64,000 nt of DNA, taken from an uncultured bacterium. GTDB lineage: Bacteria > Actinomycetota > Acidimicrobiia > Spongiisociales > UBA5794. Positions 27,055 to 36,875 of the stretch are shown here, piece after piece. The translations under genes and the position numbers were made by a program. Position 1 is the stretch's first letter. Each line of letters opens with the position of its first letter. The DNA is taken from the NCBI GenBank assembly GCA_963801165.1, contig CAWDDT010000009.1, forward strand, positions 480,001 to 544,000, given 5' to 3'. The notes under the pieces were generated by a model. The model was not told the DNA's origin and did not search any database. It worked only from the letters and a program-made list of their open reading frames with translations.

Positions 27055-27609
27055 ATGGCGGACTGGACGGACGCAACGGCGCTGATCGTCATCGACGTGC
27101 AGATGGGCTTCGAGGATGAGGAGCGTTTCGGCAAGCGCGACAACCCAACATGCGAGACCAACATCAGCCTGCTGCTGGATGCTTGGAGGGCACAAGGTTG
27201 GCCGATCGTGTTTGTCCAACACGACTCGAAGGAGGCGGGCTCACCTCTGGCGCCGGGATCACCCGGCCACGATTTCAAGCCGGTGGTGAGCGGCGCGTGC
27301 GATCTCCACGTCAACAAGTCGGTGCACTCGGCCTTCTTTGGTGAGCCCAACTTGAATGGTTGGTTGCGCAGCCACGGGATTGGGACACTCGCGATCTGCG
27401 GCATCCAAACCAACGTGTGCTGTGAGACGACAGCACGAATGGCGAGCGACATCGGCTACGAGACGTTGTTCGTGATCGACGCCACCCACACGTTCGACTT
27501 GCCCATACGAGGCGGCGTCATCAGCGCCGACCAGCTATCGCGAACCACGGCCGCCGTTCTTCATGGCGAGTTCGCCCAGGTTGTGCGCACCGAGGAACTA
27601 GTCGGCTGA
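27055..27609 (+). CDS. Isochorismatase-family cysteine hydrolase
   Basis: ALIVIDVQ, K.VHSAF, GIQTNVCCETTAR, DAT. Confidence 0.92.
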   Translation: MADWTDATALIVIDVQMGFEDEERFGKRDNPTCETNISLLLDAWRAQGWPIVFVQHDSKEAGSPLAPGSPGHDFKPVVSGACDLHVNKSVHSAFFGEPNLNGWLRSHGIGTLAICGIQTNVCCETTARMASDIGYETLFVIDATHTFDLPIRGGVISADQLSRTTAAVLHGEFAQVVRTEELVG

Positions 27610-28341
27610 ACCGGACCTGGAGGCCTCGGCCATCGTCTCCCGCTGAACCCGGTGGATCGAGATCACCCGGTCACCCACGATCATCCGGTAGCCGGCCCAG
27701 ATAGCCAGCAGGCCGACGAACTCGGTTGCGTAGAGCACCTCGACGTAGCCGGCCTTGGCGAAGGAACCCCCAAACCCGGGGAGGATCGCCCCGATGGCGA
27801 TCAGCCAGTTGCCGATGACCCGAGACGGCGCGTCGCCGCTGCGCTTGTATCGGACTGCGGACCAGATGGCGCCACCGACGAGAAAGGCGACCGCGTAGAG
27901 GTTGACGAACGGAGTCAACAGCCTGATCCACCACCACACGATGACCTTGCCGGTGAGGCTGTTGGCTTCCCCCTTGGACGGGTCGAGCGGGGTTGCGAGG
28001 ACGAGGGCGGAGGCTGCGGCAACGAAGGAGACCAAAGCTATCGTGAGACGATCGGCGGTCTTCTTCTTCAGCAGCAGATAGACAGTTCCCTGGGCGAGCG
28101 GCGCCCCACCCAGAAGCGCACCCGATATGTACCAGGCCCGGAAGACGATGCCATGCCAGCCGGTCAGAGTCGTGATCGCTTCGGTGAACGTGCCCACACC
28201 GTAGAGAAACACGCCGATCATCCACCAGAACAGGTAGCGGGCCTGCGGATGACGCCGCCAATGTCGGTAGAGAACAATGGAGAACGCGGTGGCAACGACC
28301 GTGGTGAAGATGGGTACGTAGTGAACCGGGTTCTGTGTCAT
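27598..28341 (-). CDS. Hypothetical polytopic membrane protein (about 7 TM)
   Basis: Hydrophobic helices, WY.SGALL...PLAQGTVYLL; GAGGGA RBS. Confidence 0.75.
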   Translation of the reverse strand: MTQNPVHYVPIFTTVVATAFSIVLYRHWRRHPQARYLFWWMIGVFLYGVGTFTEAITTLTGWHGIVFRAWYISGALLGGAPLAQGTVYLLLKKKTADRLTIALVSFVAAASALVLATPLDPSKGEANSLTGKVIVWWWIRLLTPFVNLYAVAFLVGGAIWSAVRYKRSGDAPSRVIGNWLIAIGAILPGFGGSFAKAGYVEVLYATEFVGLLAIWAGYRMIVGDRVISIHRVQRETMAEASRSGSAD

Positions 28342-28436
28342 GGTCCCTCTCCCTCGCTCGGGACCAGTCAACACCATCGCCGGATCGACAGAAAGTCGGG
28401 GGCCTCCCCGTGGGCGACGCGCAGTAACCTGCTGGA

Positions 28437-30140
28437 ATGTCTTTGCTACGTATCGCCGGAGCCCAGGTCAACGTCGTCGTCGGTGACATCGAGGGCAATG
28501 TCCGCACCATTCTCGAGGCCATTGAGCGCGCCGAAGCGGCCGAGGCCGATGTCCTCCTGCTCCCGGAGCTGGCGATCACCGGATACCCGCCCGAGGATCT
28601 GCTGCTGCGTCGCTCGTTCATCGACGAGAATCTCGAGGCGTTGCGTCAGATCGCCCGGTCCGCGGAGCACACGGCCGTCGTGGTCGGGTTTGTCGATCGA
28701 GTCGACGGCGATCGGCACTGGGACGACTCGGTAGAGCGGGGGATCGCCAACGCCGCGGCTGTGCTTGCCGACGGGGCGATCCGAGGCATCTACCACAAGA
28801 TCCTTCTCCCCAACTATGGGGTCTTCGATGAGGCGCGTTATTTTGCGCCGGGGCGCACGCCCGAGCAGCTGTGGGAGATCGGTGGAGTCGTCGCCGGTGT
28901 GTCGGTGTGCGAGGACATCTGGTCGCCAAACGGCCCGCCTGCCCAGCAAGCCGAGGCAGGGGCCAGGGTATTGCTCAACATCAACGGGTCGCCGTATCAC
29001 GTCGGCAAAGGCACCGAACGGGCAGCGCTCCTCGCCGGTGAGGCGGAGCGGTCCGGGGTGCCCGTCGTCTACTTGAACATGGTTGGTGGCCAGGACGAGC
29101 TCGTCTTCGATGGCGACTCGATGGTCTTCGATGCATCCGGTGGGCTCGTCTACCGCGCCGCCCAATTCGAGGAGGAGCACTTCGTCATCGACCTCGAGGT
29201 CAGCGATCAGGGGCACGACGCCGGCTTGATCACGGTGAGCCCGGGCAGAGGGAAGAGCAACGCCGTCGTGTCGACGCCTGAGATCAGGCCGAGGCTCGAC
29301 GAGAACGGCGAGATCTATACCGCGCTCGTGACCGGTCTCCGCGACTACGTGCAGAAGAACGGGTTCCGCGACGTGGTCATTGCGCTCTCGGGAGGAATCG
29401 ACTCGGCATTGACTGCGGCGATCGCGGTCGATGCTCTCGGACCAGACGCAGTATGGGGCGTCACCATGCCGACCCGCTTCAGCTCTGAGGGGTCGGTGAA
29501 TCACTCGATCGAACTGGCCAAGAACCTAGGGTGCCGGATCGACGAGATCGCCATCGAAGACATCTTCGGTGAGTTCCTCACCGCGCTGGGGCCGGTCTTC
29601 GAGGGAACCGGGTTCGGGGTCGCCGAGGAGAACCTCCAGGCCCGGATTCGTGGTGCGATCATCATGGCCATCTCGAACAAGTACGGGGGCATGGTGGTCG
29701 CCACCGGTAACAAGTCGGAGATGGCCGTCGGCTACGCCACCCTGTATGGGGACATGGCTGGCGGGTATGCGGTCCTCAAGGACGTGTTCAAGACGCGGGT
29801 GTACAAGCTGTCGGAGTGGCGCAACCGGAACGGTGAGGTCATCCCGAGGGCGATCATCGACAAGCCACCGTCCGCCGAATTGCGCCCGGATCAGAAGGAC
29901 ACCGACTCGCTCCCCGAGTACGACATGCTGGATCCGATCCTGCAGCGCTACATCGAGCTCGACGAGGCGCCCCGGACGATCATCGAGGATGGATACGACC
30001 GGGACACGGTGCTCCGGGTGGCCCGGATGGTCGACCGCAACGAGTACAAGCGCCGCCAGGCCGCCCCCGGCGTCCGGATCACGAGGAAGGCCTTCGGCAA
30101 GGACCGCCGTCTCCCCATAACCAACCGTTTCACGGACTGA
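28437..30140 (+). CDS. nadE: Glutamine-dependent NAD+ synthetase
   Basis: Nitrilase triad (LPEL, YHK.LLPNYG, VCEDIW), ALSGGIDS, ENLQARIRG, TGNKSE, PSAEL. Confidence 0.97.
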   Translation: MSLLRIAGAQVNVVVGDIEGNVRTILEAIERAEAAEADVLLLPELAITGYPPEDLLLRRSFIDENLEALRQIARSAEHTAVVVGFVDRVDGDRHWDDSVERGIANAAAVLADGAIRGIYHKILLPNYGVFDEARYFAPGRTPEQLWEIGGVVAGVSVCEDIWSPNGPPAQQAEAGARVLLNINGSPYHVGKGTERAALLAGEAERSGVPVVYLNMVGGQDELVFDGDSMVFDASGGLVYRAAQFEEEHFVIDLEVSDQGHDAGLITVSPGRGKSNAVVSTPEIRPRLDENGEIYTALVTGLRDYVQKNGFRDVVIALSGGIDSALTAAIAVDALGPDAVWGVTMPTRFSSEGSVNHSIELAKNLGCRIDEIAIEDIFGEFLTALGPVFEGTGFGVAEENLQARIRGAIIMAISNKYGGMVVATGNKSEMAVGYATLYGDMAGGYAVLKDVFKTRVYKLSEWRNRNGEVIPRAIIDKPPSAELRPDQKDTDSLPEYDMLDPILQRYIELDEAPRTIIEDGYDRDTVLRVARMVDRNEYKRRQAAPGVRITRKAFGKDRRLPITNRFTD

Positions 30141-30151
30141 GCGGGCGGAAG

Positions 30152-31186
30152 ATGAGCACGCCGACACCGGGCCGTTCCGGGGTTATCTGTGCCGGGTCGA
30201 TCATCGTCGACCTGGGTAAGGTGATCGACTCCTACCCGGCTCTCGATCACCTGGCCACAATCGAGGAGGTCTCGATGAGCACAGGTGGCCCCGCGCTGAA
30301 CATGGCGGTCAATCTGCGCCAACTGGGTGCACGCTTCCCGGTGGCGATGCTCGGGGCCGTCGGCGACGACGAGAACGGGTCCTATGTGCGTGCCGAATGC
30401 GCCCGGTTGCACATTGACGGACGCGGCATCGAGACACTCCGTGGTGTTGCCACCGCCTTCACCGACGCCATGGTCGAGCGGGACAGCGGGCGACGGACGT
30501 TCTTCGTTCACAACGGGGCCAACGGTCTCTTCGATGCCCGCACGGTTGACCTCACCGACGCCACCGCACGGATCTTCCATGCAGGTGCGCCCGGTCTCCA
30601 CGCAACGCTCGACGCACCCGGTCCGGGAGGCAACGGCTGGACCGAGATGCTGCGCCGGGCCCAGGCCGCCGGCATGCATACCAACATGGAACTGGTCGAC
30701 CTCGACCCCGCCCGTCAGGTGGAGCTCAGCTCCTCATGTCTCCCGTTTCTCGACAGCATCGTCATCAACGAGCTCGAGGCCGGAGCGCTGACGGGGTTGC
30801 ATGCTCCTGCCCCGGACGCCGACGGCGAGGTCGACTGGGGTGTCCTCGAGACGATGGCGACACGGCTGATCGACCTCGGTGTCTCCACGCTGGCGGTTGT
30901 GCATTTCCCGGCCGGTTGTGTTGCTGCTGCCCCGGGCGGTCGCACCTGGCGGCACGGCTCGGTCCGGGTACCCCCGGAGCAGATACGGAGCACCACCGGT
31001 GCCGGCGATGCGTTTGCTGCCGGTGTCATCTTTGGAATCCACGAAGGACTGCCCATTGCGCGATGCCTCCTGCTGGGATCGGCCTCGGCGAGCACTTGTA
31101 TCCGCAGTACAAATACCTCAGCCGGCATCCAGACCGCAGATGGCTGTCTGGCCGCCGCCGACGCGGTCGGCTACCGCAGCGCTTAG
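30152..31186 (+). CDS. PfkB-family carbohydrate kinase
   Basis: GGPALN, GAVGDD, NELEA, STTGAGDAFAAG. Confidence 0.92.
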   Translation: MSTPTPGRSGVICAGSIIVDLGKVIDSYPALDHLATIEEVSMSTGGPALNMAVNLRQLGARFPVAMLGAVGDDENGSYVRAECARLHIDGRGIETLRGVATAFTDAMVERDSGRRTFFVHNGANGLFDARTVDLTDATARIFHAGAPGLHATLDAPGPGGNGWTEMLRRAQAAGMHTNMELVDLDPARQVELSSSCLPFLDSIVINELEAGALTGLHAPAPDADGEVDWGVLETMATRLIDLGVSTLAVVHFPAGCVAAAPGGRTWRHGSVRVPPEQIRSTTGAGDAFAAGVIFGIHEGLPIARCLLLGSASASTCIRSTNTSAGIQTADGCLAAADAVGYRSA

Positions 31187-31197
31187 ATTGGGAGACT

Positions 31198-31584
31198 ATG
31201 GAGACCTTCCCGTTCCGATTTGATTTGGCTTCCCGTCCGCTGTTGCTCGGCCTTGTGGTGCATCCGGGCAACGCGTCTGTGACGCTGACCGACGATGACC
31301 GCTTCGTTGCCCGCTTCGGCCACTGGGTGGTCGACACCCCGCTGGCGAACATCGACTGTGCCACCGTGACCGGCCCGTACCGCTGGTACAAGGCATTAGG
31401 GCTGCGCGGCTCGTGGGTCGACAACGGGATCACCTTTGGTACGTCCTCGGCAGGTGGCCTTTGCGTAACGTTTCACGAGCCGGTTCCCGGCTTGCTCCCC
31501 TGGGTGAAGGCTCACCCGGGTCTCACGGTGACGGTTACGGATCCTGAGGCGTTGGCCGCGGCGATCGAGGCACGACGGGCGTGA
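31198..31584 (+). CDS. Conserved actinobacterial hypothetical protein
   Basis: RFG.W...TPL.NI......GPY......G.R.S..D.G.TF...HP.LTVTV.D; GGAG RBS. Confidence 0.7.
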   Translation: METFPFRFDLASRPLLLGLVVHPGNASVTLTDDDRFVARFGHWVVDTPLANIDCATVTGPYRWYKALGLRGSWVDNGITFGTSSAGGLCVTFHEPVPGLLPWVKAHPGLTVTVTDPEALAAAIEARRA

Positions 31585-32210
31585 CCGCGCTTTTCGAAGC
31601 GACCGGGAGCCTGGCACGGCGTCACCGCGAGGTGGCGCGACTCCAGGACACGTACGGCCCGCCACGTCTCGGCCGGCGTCCGCGCGTCGCCGATCGCTTC
31701 CGGTGGCTGGCCGAGTCGATCGCATACCAGCAGCTCTCGGGAAAGGCGGCGGCAACGATCTGGTCCCGGGTCGAGACCGTGCTGGAAGGCGTGGTCTCAC
31801 CACAAACGATTCTGGCCGCAGGCGAGGAGAAGCTGCGGTCGGCGGGGTTGTCACGAGCAAAGGCGGCGTCGCTTCTCGACATGTCGCACCGGTCCCTCGA
31901 GGGCGTGCTCGACCTCAGCCGTGTCGGCCGTCTCGACGACGCGGGGGTCATCGAGCATCTGGTGACGGTGCGCGGGATTGGGAGATGGACCGCCGAGATG
32001 TTCCTGATCTTTGCGCTGCAACGTCTGGACGTTTGGCCGGTGGACGACCTAGGGGTGCGCAAGGGCTATGCCAGGATCTTCGGTCTGGCGCAGACGCCGA
32101 GTGCGCGCGACCTGGGTCCGCTCGGCGACCCATTCCGGCCGTACCGCACGGTGATGACGTTGTATTGCTGGCAGGATCTCGAGACGGTGCTACCGGGTGA
32201 GGGCGGATGA
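31581..32210 (+). CDS. alkA: DNA-3-methyladenine glycosylase II (AlkA, HhH-GPD)
   Basis: SIAYQQLSGKAA, GLSRAK, RGIGRWTAEMFLIF, DVWPVDDLG, PYRT. Confidence 0.9.
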   Translation: MTALFEATGSLARRHREVARLQDTYGPPRLGRRPRVADRFRWLAESIAYQQLSGKAAATIWSRVETVLEGVVSPQTILAAGEEKLRSAGLSRAKAASLLDMSHRSLEGVLDLSRVGRLDDAGVIEHLVTVRGIGRWTAEMFLIFALQRLDVWPVDDLGVRKGYARIFGLAQTPSARDLGPLGDPFRPYRTVMTLYCWQDLETVLPGEGG

Positions 32211-32466
32211 AGGCATGAATTGGCCGGGTCAAGTTGGAACGGAGGGTGAGAGCTCTTCCGGTCCTGCTATGCGGTGTTGCGAGAATTCGGGGTGCCCAGC
32301 TGCGATGTGCGGAGCCGGTCAGGGACGAGCGCATCGGCGAGCACGGGCACGCCCCGAGCGCACGCGGAGTTGTATCGCTCCAGTTGCCCTGCGGAGGGTG
32401 ACAGGCCCGATCCATTGACGTGCTCCCATCTGCGGACTAGGTTCTTCCTATGTTTTCCATCCGTAT

Positions 32467-33096
32467 GTGGTCAATGTCTACCAGGCCCAAACGCTCCATC
32501 CTGAACGCTTTCTCACCACCGATATCGACTTCGATGCCGCCAAGGCTGCCGACGACGAGAGCGTCCAGACTGCTGCCGACGTCGTTGCCCACTTCCGCAC
32601 CAGCGGGAAGCGCGTCGTCGTCCTCGGAATCTCGTTCGGTGCGGCACTCGTGCAGGATCTGCTCGCGATTCAAGGCAACGTCGCCGATCAATACGTGATC
32701 ATCGTGGGGCGGCTCGACTCCCCTGACGACGCTTGGAAGCCATTCTCCGAGGGAAGAGCGACCGAATACGTCGATGGCACCGAGGTCATCGAGGTTCCGA
32801 TCGAGCAGGCCGGCTTCGGGACTGGCACCCCGGAAGCCGAACGCAACATGGCTCGACTGATCGCCGGGTTCGACTTCAAGCGCTACACCGAGCTCCTGGC
32901 GGATGTCGATCTGTCCAACGTGACATTCGGGTACGCCGAGACCGACGAATATGTTGGCCGCCTGACCGGGAAAGAGGTTGCCTTCCTCGACGCCGCGGGC
33001 GCGACGGTGGTCTCCGACCCGGGCGGACACGTCGACGCGATCTTCGCGCTCACCGGCCCCGCACTCGCTACCGCGCTGGGCGATTTGATCCCGTGA
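32467..33096 (+). CDS. Alpha/beta-hydrolase-like protein, probably 5'-truncated
   Basis: LGISFGA nucleophile elbow, D..VG, GGH; no RBS or -10, and the sequence starts mid-domain. Confidence 0.55.
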   Translation: MVNVYQAQTLHPERFLTTDIDFDAAKAADDESVQTAADVVAHFRTSGKRVVVLGISFGAALVQDLLAIQGNVADQYVIIVGRLDSPDDAWKPFSEGRATEYVDGTEVIEVPIEQAGFGTGTPEAERNMARLIAGFDFKRYTELLADVDLSNVTFGYAETDEYVGRLTGKEVAFLDAAGATVVSDPGGHVDAIFALTGPALATALGDLIP

Positions 33097-33168
33097 TGCG
33101 CTGATCCATTTCGCCGTCTCACCTAGCTATGCCCCACGGGCTGTGTGGTCCGGGTAGGCTCCCAGGCC

Positions 33169-33696
33169 ATGACTTTTCCTGATCCGCCGCTGGCGGCCAC
33201 CGAACTGCAGATGCTCACGTCGTTCCTCGACTATCAACGGGCAGTGATCGTCGACAAGGTGTCGGGTCTCACCAAAGACCAGCTCAACACGCGACTGGAG
33301 CCGTCGGTGCTCACACTTGGCGGCATCGTCCACCACCTGGCCCTCGTCGAGAACTGGTGGTTCCACGACCGCTTCGCCGGTGAGGAGGCAGGGGAGCCCT
33401 GGGACAGTGCCCCGTTCGACGACGACCCCGACTGGGACTTTCACGCCGCAGCGACACTGGAGCCGCGGGTGATTCTCGACCGCTACCAAAGCCAGTGCGT
33501 GCGCAGCCGGGAGGTGGTCGCCGGGGCCGGGAGCCTCGATGAGACCTCGGCTCGCACCAGGAAGAACGGTGATCACTGGACGCTGCGCTGGATCCTGGTG
33601 CACATGATCGAGGAAACGGCCCGGCACGCCGGTCATGCCGACCTCATACGCGAGTCGATCGACGGGGAGACCGGAGACTTCCGTCCCGGGAACTGA
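33169..33696 (+). CDS. DinB/DUF664 family protein
   Basis: FLDYQR, TLGGIVHHLA.VE..WF, LRWILVHMIEETARHAGHADLIRE.IDG. Confidence 0.92.
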   Translation: MTFPDPPLAATELQMLTSFLDYQRAVIVDKVSGLTKDQLNTRLEPSVLTLGGIVHHLALVENWWFHDRFAGEEAGEPWDSAPFDDDPDWDFHAAATLEPRVILDRYQSQCVRSREVVAGAGSLDETSARTRKNGDHWTLRWILVHMIEETARHAGHADLIRESIDGETGDFRPGN

Positions 33697-33702
33697 CGAT
33701 CT

Positions 33703-33939
33703 CTAGGAGAGAACGCGTTTCACCGCTTCGATCACTTCCTCTGGTTCGGCGTGGCGCCCGGTCTCTTTCTTGGAGTACACGAGCGCGTCGCCCACGATGA
33801 CTTCAAACACGCCGCCCCGTGAGGGGATCAGCACCAGTTCGCTGATGGCGTGCTCGAACTGGTTGAGGAGGGACCCTGCCATGCTCACGGCACGGCCTGT
33901 ATACCCTCAAACGGCGCAATATTCAATCGTCAGTCGCAT
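33703..33939 (-). CDS. Rdx (SelT/SelW/SelH) family selenoprotein, CxxU
   Basis: MRLTIEYCAV-UGA-GYTGRAVSMA...LIPSRGGVFEV......YSKKETGRH; UGA at 33907-33909; -10 TACGGT 6 nt before the ATG. Confidence 0.92.
33868..33909 (-). promoter_or_regulatory. Putative bacterial SECIS element of the Rdx gene
   Basis: UGAGGG...UGCCGU-GAGC-AUGGCA...CCCUC hairpin starting at the UGA, G first in the apical loop. Confidence 0.6.
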
Positions 33940-33985
33940 GCGCATACCGTAACGGCGCAGAAGGGCGACCGCCAAACGTCTGTGG

Positions 33986-34282
33986 TCAGATCGTGACCGG
34001 ATGGTCGGGGACGGCCCGCGACCAGAGCAGGAGCGATCGGCTCCGTCTCAGCCCGTTGATCCAGAAAGGGTCGTCGTCGATGATCGCTTCCGCGGCGGCT
34101 CGGTCCGGTACGTCCATGATCCACAGCGCTCCTACGGATGGACCGCCAGCCTTCTCTCGCAACGCCCCCGCCACGAGTATCTGCTCGGAATGCTCGGCGA
34201 GGAAGGCGTAGTGATTGCCGGTCTGCTCGTCCCTTATCCGGGCTGCTTCCGGGTCGTCCTCGAATCGGGCGATGAACAACAT
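33986..34282 (-). CDS. YciI family protein
   Basis: R......HYAFL......AG.L......GALWI......AEAIIDDDPFW..G. Confidence 0.85.
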   Translation of the reverse strand: MLFIARFEDDPEAARIRDEQTGNHYAFLAEHSEQILVAGALREKAGGPSVGALWIMDVPDRAAAEAIIDDDPFWINGLRRSRSLLLWSRAVPDHPVTI

Positions 34283-34341
34283 GGCACCGATGCTACCTGC
34301 CGCCAGGCGGATATCGTTGCACCGCGCGGTAGCGTGCCGGG

Positions 34342-35094
34342 ATGATCGTGAACCCCTTTGCCAGCGATCCGGCCGCCCGCCGGTACGCAGCCGGCCGGCC
34401 GGATTGCTCGTCGCTGGTGGCGGGAGTGATCCGCGGGCTGACGCCGCGCACCCCGGTCCATCTGGCGTTGGACGTCGGTTGCGGAACCGGGATCTCGACG
34501 CGGGCTCTGGCTCCATTCGCCGAGCGGGTTGTCGGCATCGAACCGTCGGCGGGCATGCTTGCCCACGCGTCGAGCCCGGCCAACGGGTGGTTGGTTGCGG
34601 CGAAGGCGGAACAGATGCCGCTTCCCGACCGCTGCTGCGGGCTGATCGGGGTGGGTTCGGCGCTGCACTGGTTCGAGCAGGATCCCTTTCTTGCGGAGCT
34701 CGATCGGGTGGCGAGGGAGGATGCAGATCTCGTCATCTTCGACCATTGGTTCACCGGCACGATGCGTGGATGTCCGGAATTCGCCGACTGGTTTCGGAGC
34801 TACCTGGACCGCTACCCGTCGCCACCGCGCGACCGGTCCTGGTCGCCGCCCGGCGATCTCGGTAGCTGGTCGTTCGTCGGTTTGCAGCGCTATGACCATC
34901 CGGTTGCGATGACATCAGACCGGCTTGCCTGCTACCTGCTAAGCCAGAGCAACCTCCAGGTCATCGCCGATGGCGGCCAGAGTGATGAGGCCGAGCTCCG
35001 CCAATGGCTGCTGGAGGAACTGCGGATGTTCTTCGTGCAGGGGAGGAACTCGGTAGTCCAGTTCGGTGGGATGGTCGCTCACCTCGTCCGCTGA
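34342..35094 (+). CDS. Class I SAM-dependent methyltransferase
   Basis: YAAGRP, LDVGCGTG, EPSAGM, ALHWF. Confidence 0.9.
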   Translation: MIVNPFASDPAARRYAAGRPDCSSLVAGVIRGLTPRTPVHLALDVGCGTGISTRALAPFAERVVGIEPSAGMLAHASSPANGWLVAAKAEQMPLPDRCCGLIGVGSALHWFEQDPFLAELDRVAREDADLVIFDHWFTGTMRGCPEFADWFRSYLDRYPSPPRDRSWSPPGDLGSWSFVGLQRYDHPVAMTSDRLACYLLSQSNLQVIADGGQSDEAELRQWLLEELRMFFVQGRNSVVQFGGMVAHLVR

Positions 35095-35595
35095 CTACCA
35101 CCCGGCGGCGGATGCAAACCGGAGCAGCTCATCGACATGGGACCGCAGCAGACCAACCGTGGGGTCGGGGCAGATCAGAAGCGTACGTGTATTCCGCCCT
35201 GCCGCCCACGACGCCTCGGCCGTGGTCAGTTGATCATCGATCCAGGCCACCGGCCGATCGCCGACATAAGAGGCAACGTCCGGCAGCTTGTTGAGCCTCA
35301 TTCCCAGTTGTGGGCGCACTGTCAAGACGATGACCGGTATCGGCGGAATCCCCAGCAGCGGGCCGAGGAGACGCGGGGCGTCGTGTTGCCACCCCGTGGC
35401 CCAGACCAGCTCATAAGCCTCGGCAAGTTCGTGGATCCACCGGCGATGGTCGGGGTTCAGCCAGATGGTGTGGGTGATCCCGGCATGGTCGATAACGTCG
35501 TGGATCTCGAACTCGGCGGCCCGGGTGTCGTCAGGAATCGGTGCCAGGACACCGTCAACATCGAGTAGCAGTAGAGGCGGGGGCGGGTCGGTCAC
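35095..35595 (-). CDS. HAD-domain protein (Swiss-army-knife RNA-repair-like)
   Basis: LLLDVDGVL, LVWATGW, K, AWIDD, P.VGL; -10 TACCCT 7 nt before the GTG. Confidence 0.8.
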   Translation of the reverse strand: MTDPPPPLLLLDVDGVLAPIPDDTRAAEFEIHDVIDHAGITHTIWLNPDHRRWIHELAEAYELVWATGWQHDAPRLLGPLLGIPPIPVIVLTVRPQLGMRLNKLPDVASYVGDRPVAWIDDQLTTAEASWAAGRNTRTLLICPDPTVGLLRSHVDELLRFASAAGW

Positions 35596-35655
35596 ATCGG
35601 GCAGGGTAACCGGCGTCCGGCCACCCCGTTTCTCGGCAACCACGGTGCGACAGTT

Positions 35656-36129
35656 CTAGTCGTCACCGGGCGCGGAGATATCCATGAGGTGACGCACCAC
35701 GGTGTCCGCGATGTCCCCGAGTTCGGCGAGCTGGGTCTCGCTGAGCAGGTCGATCATGTGCTCTCGCACTCCGGCGAAATGGAGGGGAGCTGCTTTGGCG
35801 ATCGCCGTCAGGCCCGGCCTGGTCAGGACGATCGCAGAGCCGCGCCCGTCCTCCGCCACCTCCTCCCGCTTGACCAGATGCCGGTCTTCCATACGCCGGA
35901 TCTGGTGCGAGAGACGGCTCTGGGACCACTGCATGCGTTCGGCCAGCTCTGTGGTCCGCCAGCGGCGATCGGCGGCTTCTACGAGATTCGACAGCACTGT
36001 GTAGTCGGCCATCGACAGGCCGGTGCGCTCGGTGAGCTCGGTGGCGAGCCTTCCTTCGAGCAGGGTGAACATGCGCCGGTAGCTGCGCCACGCCCGCTCC
36101 TCGAGTGGATCGAGCCATTGGGAGACCAT
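35656..36129 (-). CDS. MarR family regulator
   Basis: WL...EERAW, ELA......SRLSHQI.RME...LV.R....DGRG...LT. Confidence 0.92.
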   Translation of the reverse strand: MVSQWLDPLEERAWRSYRRMFTLLEGRLATELTERTGLSMADYTVLSNLVEAADRRWRTTELAERMQWSQSRLSHQIRRMEDRHLVKREEVAEDGRGSAIVLTRPGLTAIAKAAPLHFAGVREHMIDLLSETQLAELGDIADTVVRHLMDISAPGDD

Positions 36130-36154
36130 GGGCGCAACCTTACCAGAGCGACAC

Positions 36155-36192
36155 TTGACGTGTCATGTAGTCAGAGTTAACATGACACATCA
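36155..36192 (+). promoter_or_regulatory. Sigma70-type promoter overlapped by two TGA-N4-TCA boxes (probable MarR operator)
   Basis: TTGACG-17nt-TAACAT; TGACGTGTCA at 36156-36165 and TGACACATCA at 36183-36192. Confidence 0.65.
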
Positions 36193-36254
36193 TAAAAACT
36201 GAACTGCCGAATCTTCATCGTCTGCTGGTCGCTGGTGGCTTATCCGACCACCAA

Positions 36255-36875
36255 ATGTCCCGCCTGGCGCGTTTGTTCGCCGGATTGGCGCTCTTCGGAG
36301 TGAGCGTTGCGATGATGCTGGCCGCTGGTCTCGGTGTCGATTCATGGGACGTGTTCCACCAGGGCGTGGCGCAACACCTCGGGGTCGGTATCGGTGCGGT
36401 GATCGTTTGGGTCAGCATCGGGGTCCTTTTGCTATGGATACCGCTGCGGCAACGGCCCGGTATCGGCACCATCGCCAACGCGGTGGTGGTCGGTATCGTC
36501 GCTGATCTCGCGCTCCGCATGATCCCAACACCGGACGGTTTGGCGGTACGGTTCGTTTTGCTTGCGGTGGGGATCGTGGCAAATGGGGCCGCCACAGGTC
36601 TGTATATCGGGGCCGGGTTGGGTCCAGGCCCGCGCGATGGCCTGATGACCGGGCTCGCCGCCCGCACCGGCTACTCGATCCGTCGGGTCCGTACCGGCAT
36701 CGAGATCACCGTCCTCGCGGTGGGGGCTGGCCTGGGAGGCCCGATCGGGGTCGGCACCGTGGCCTATGCCCTGTCCATCGGCCCGATGACCCAGTTCTTC
36801 CTCGATCGATTCGTCATCCCCGCGGATCCTCGCCATGCCGCTCGTATCCGGGGCGTGGCAGGGGTGTGCCCATGA
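36255..36875 (+). CDS. YczE/YitT family membrane protein
   Basis: LGVDSWDVFHQG, RPGIGT, LGPGPRDGLMTGL, GVGT. Confidence 0.9.
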   Translation: MSRLARLFAGLALFGVSVAMMLAAGLGVDSWDVFHQGVAQHLGVGIGAVIVWVSIGVLLLWIPLRQRPGIGTIANAVVVGIVADLALRMIPTPDGLAVRFVLLAVGIVANGAATGLYIGAGLGPGPRDGLMTGLAARTGYSIRRVRTGIEITVLAVGAGLGGPIGVGTVAYALSIGPMTQFFLDRFVIPADPRHAARIRGVAGVCP

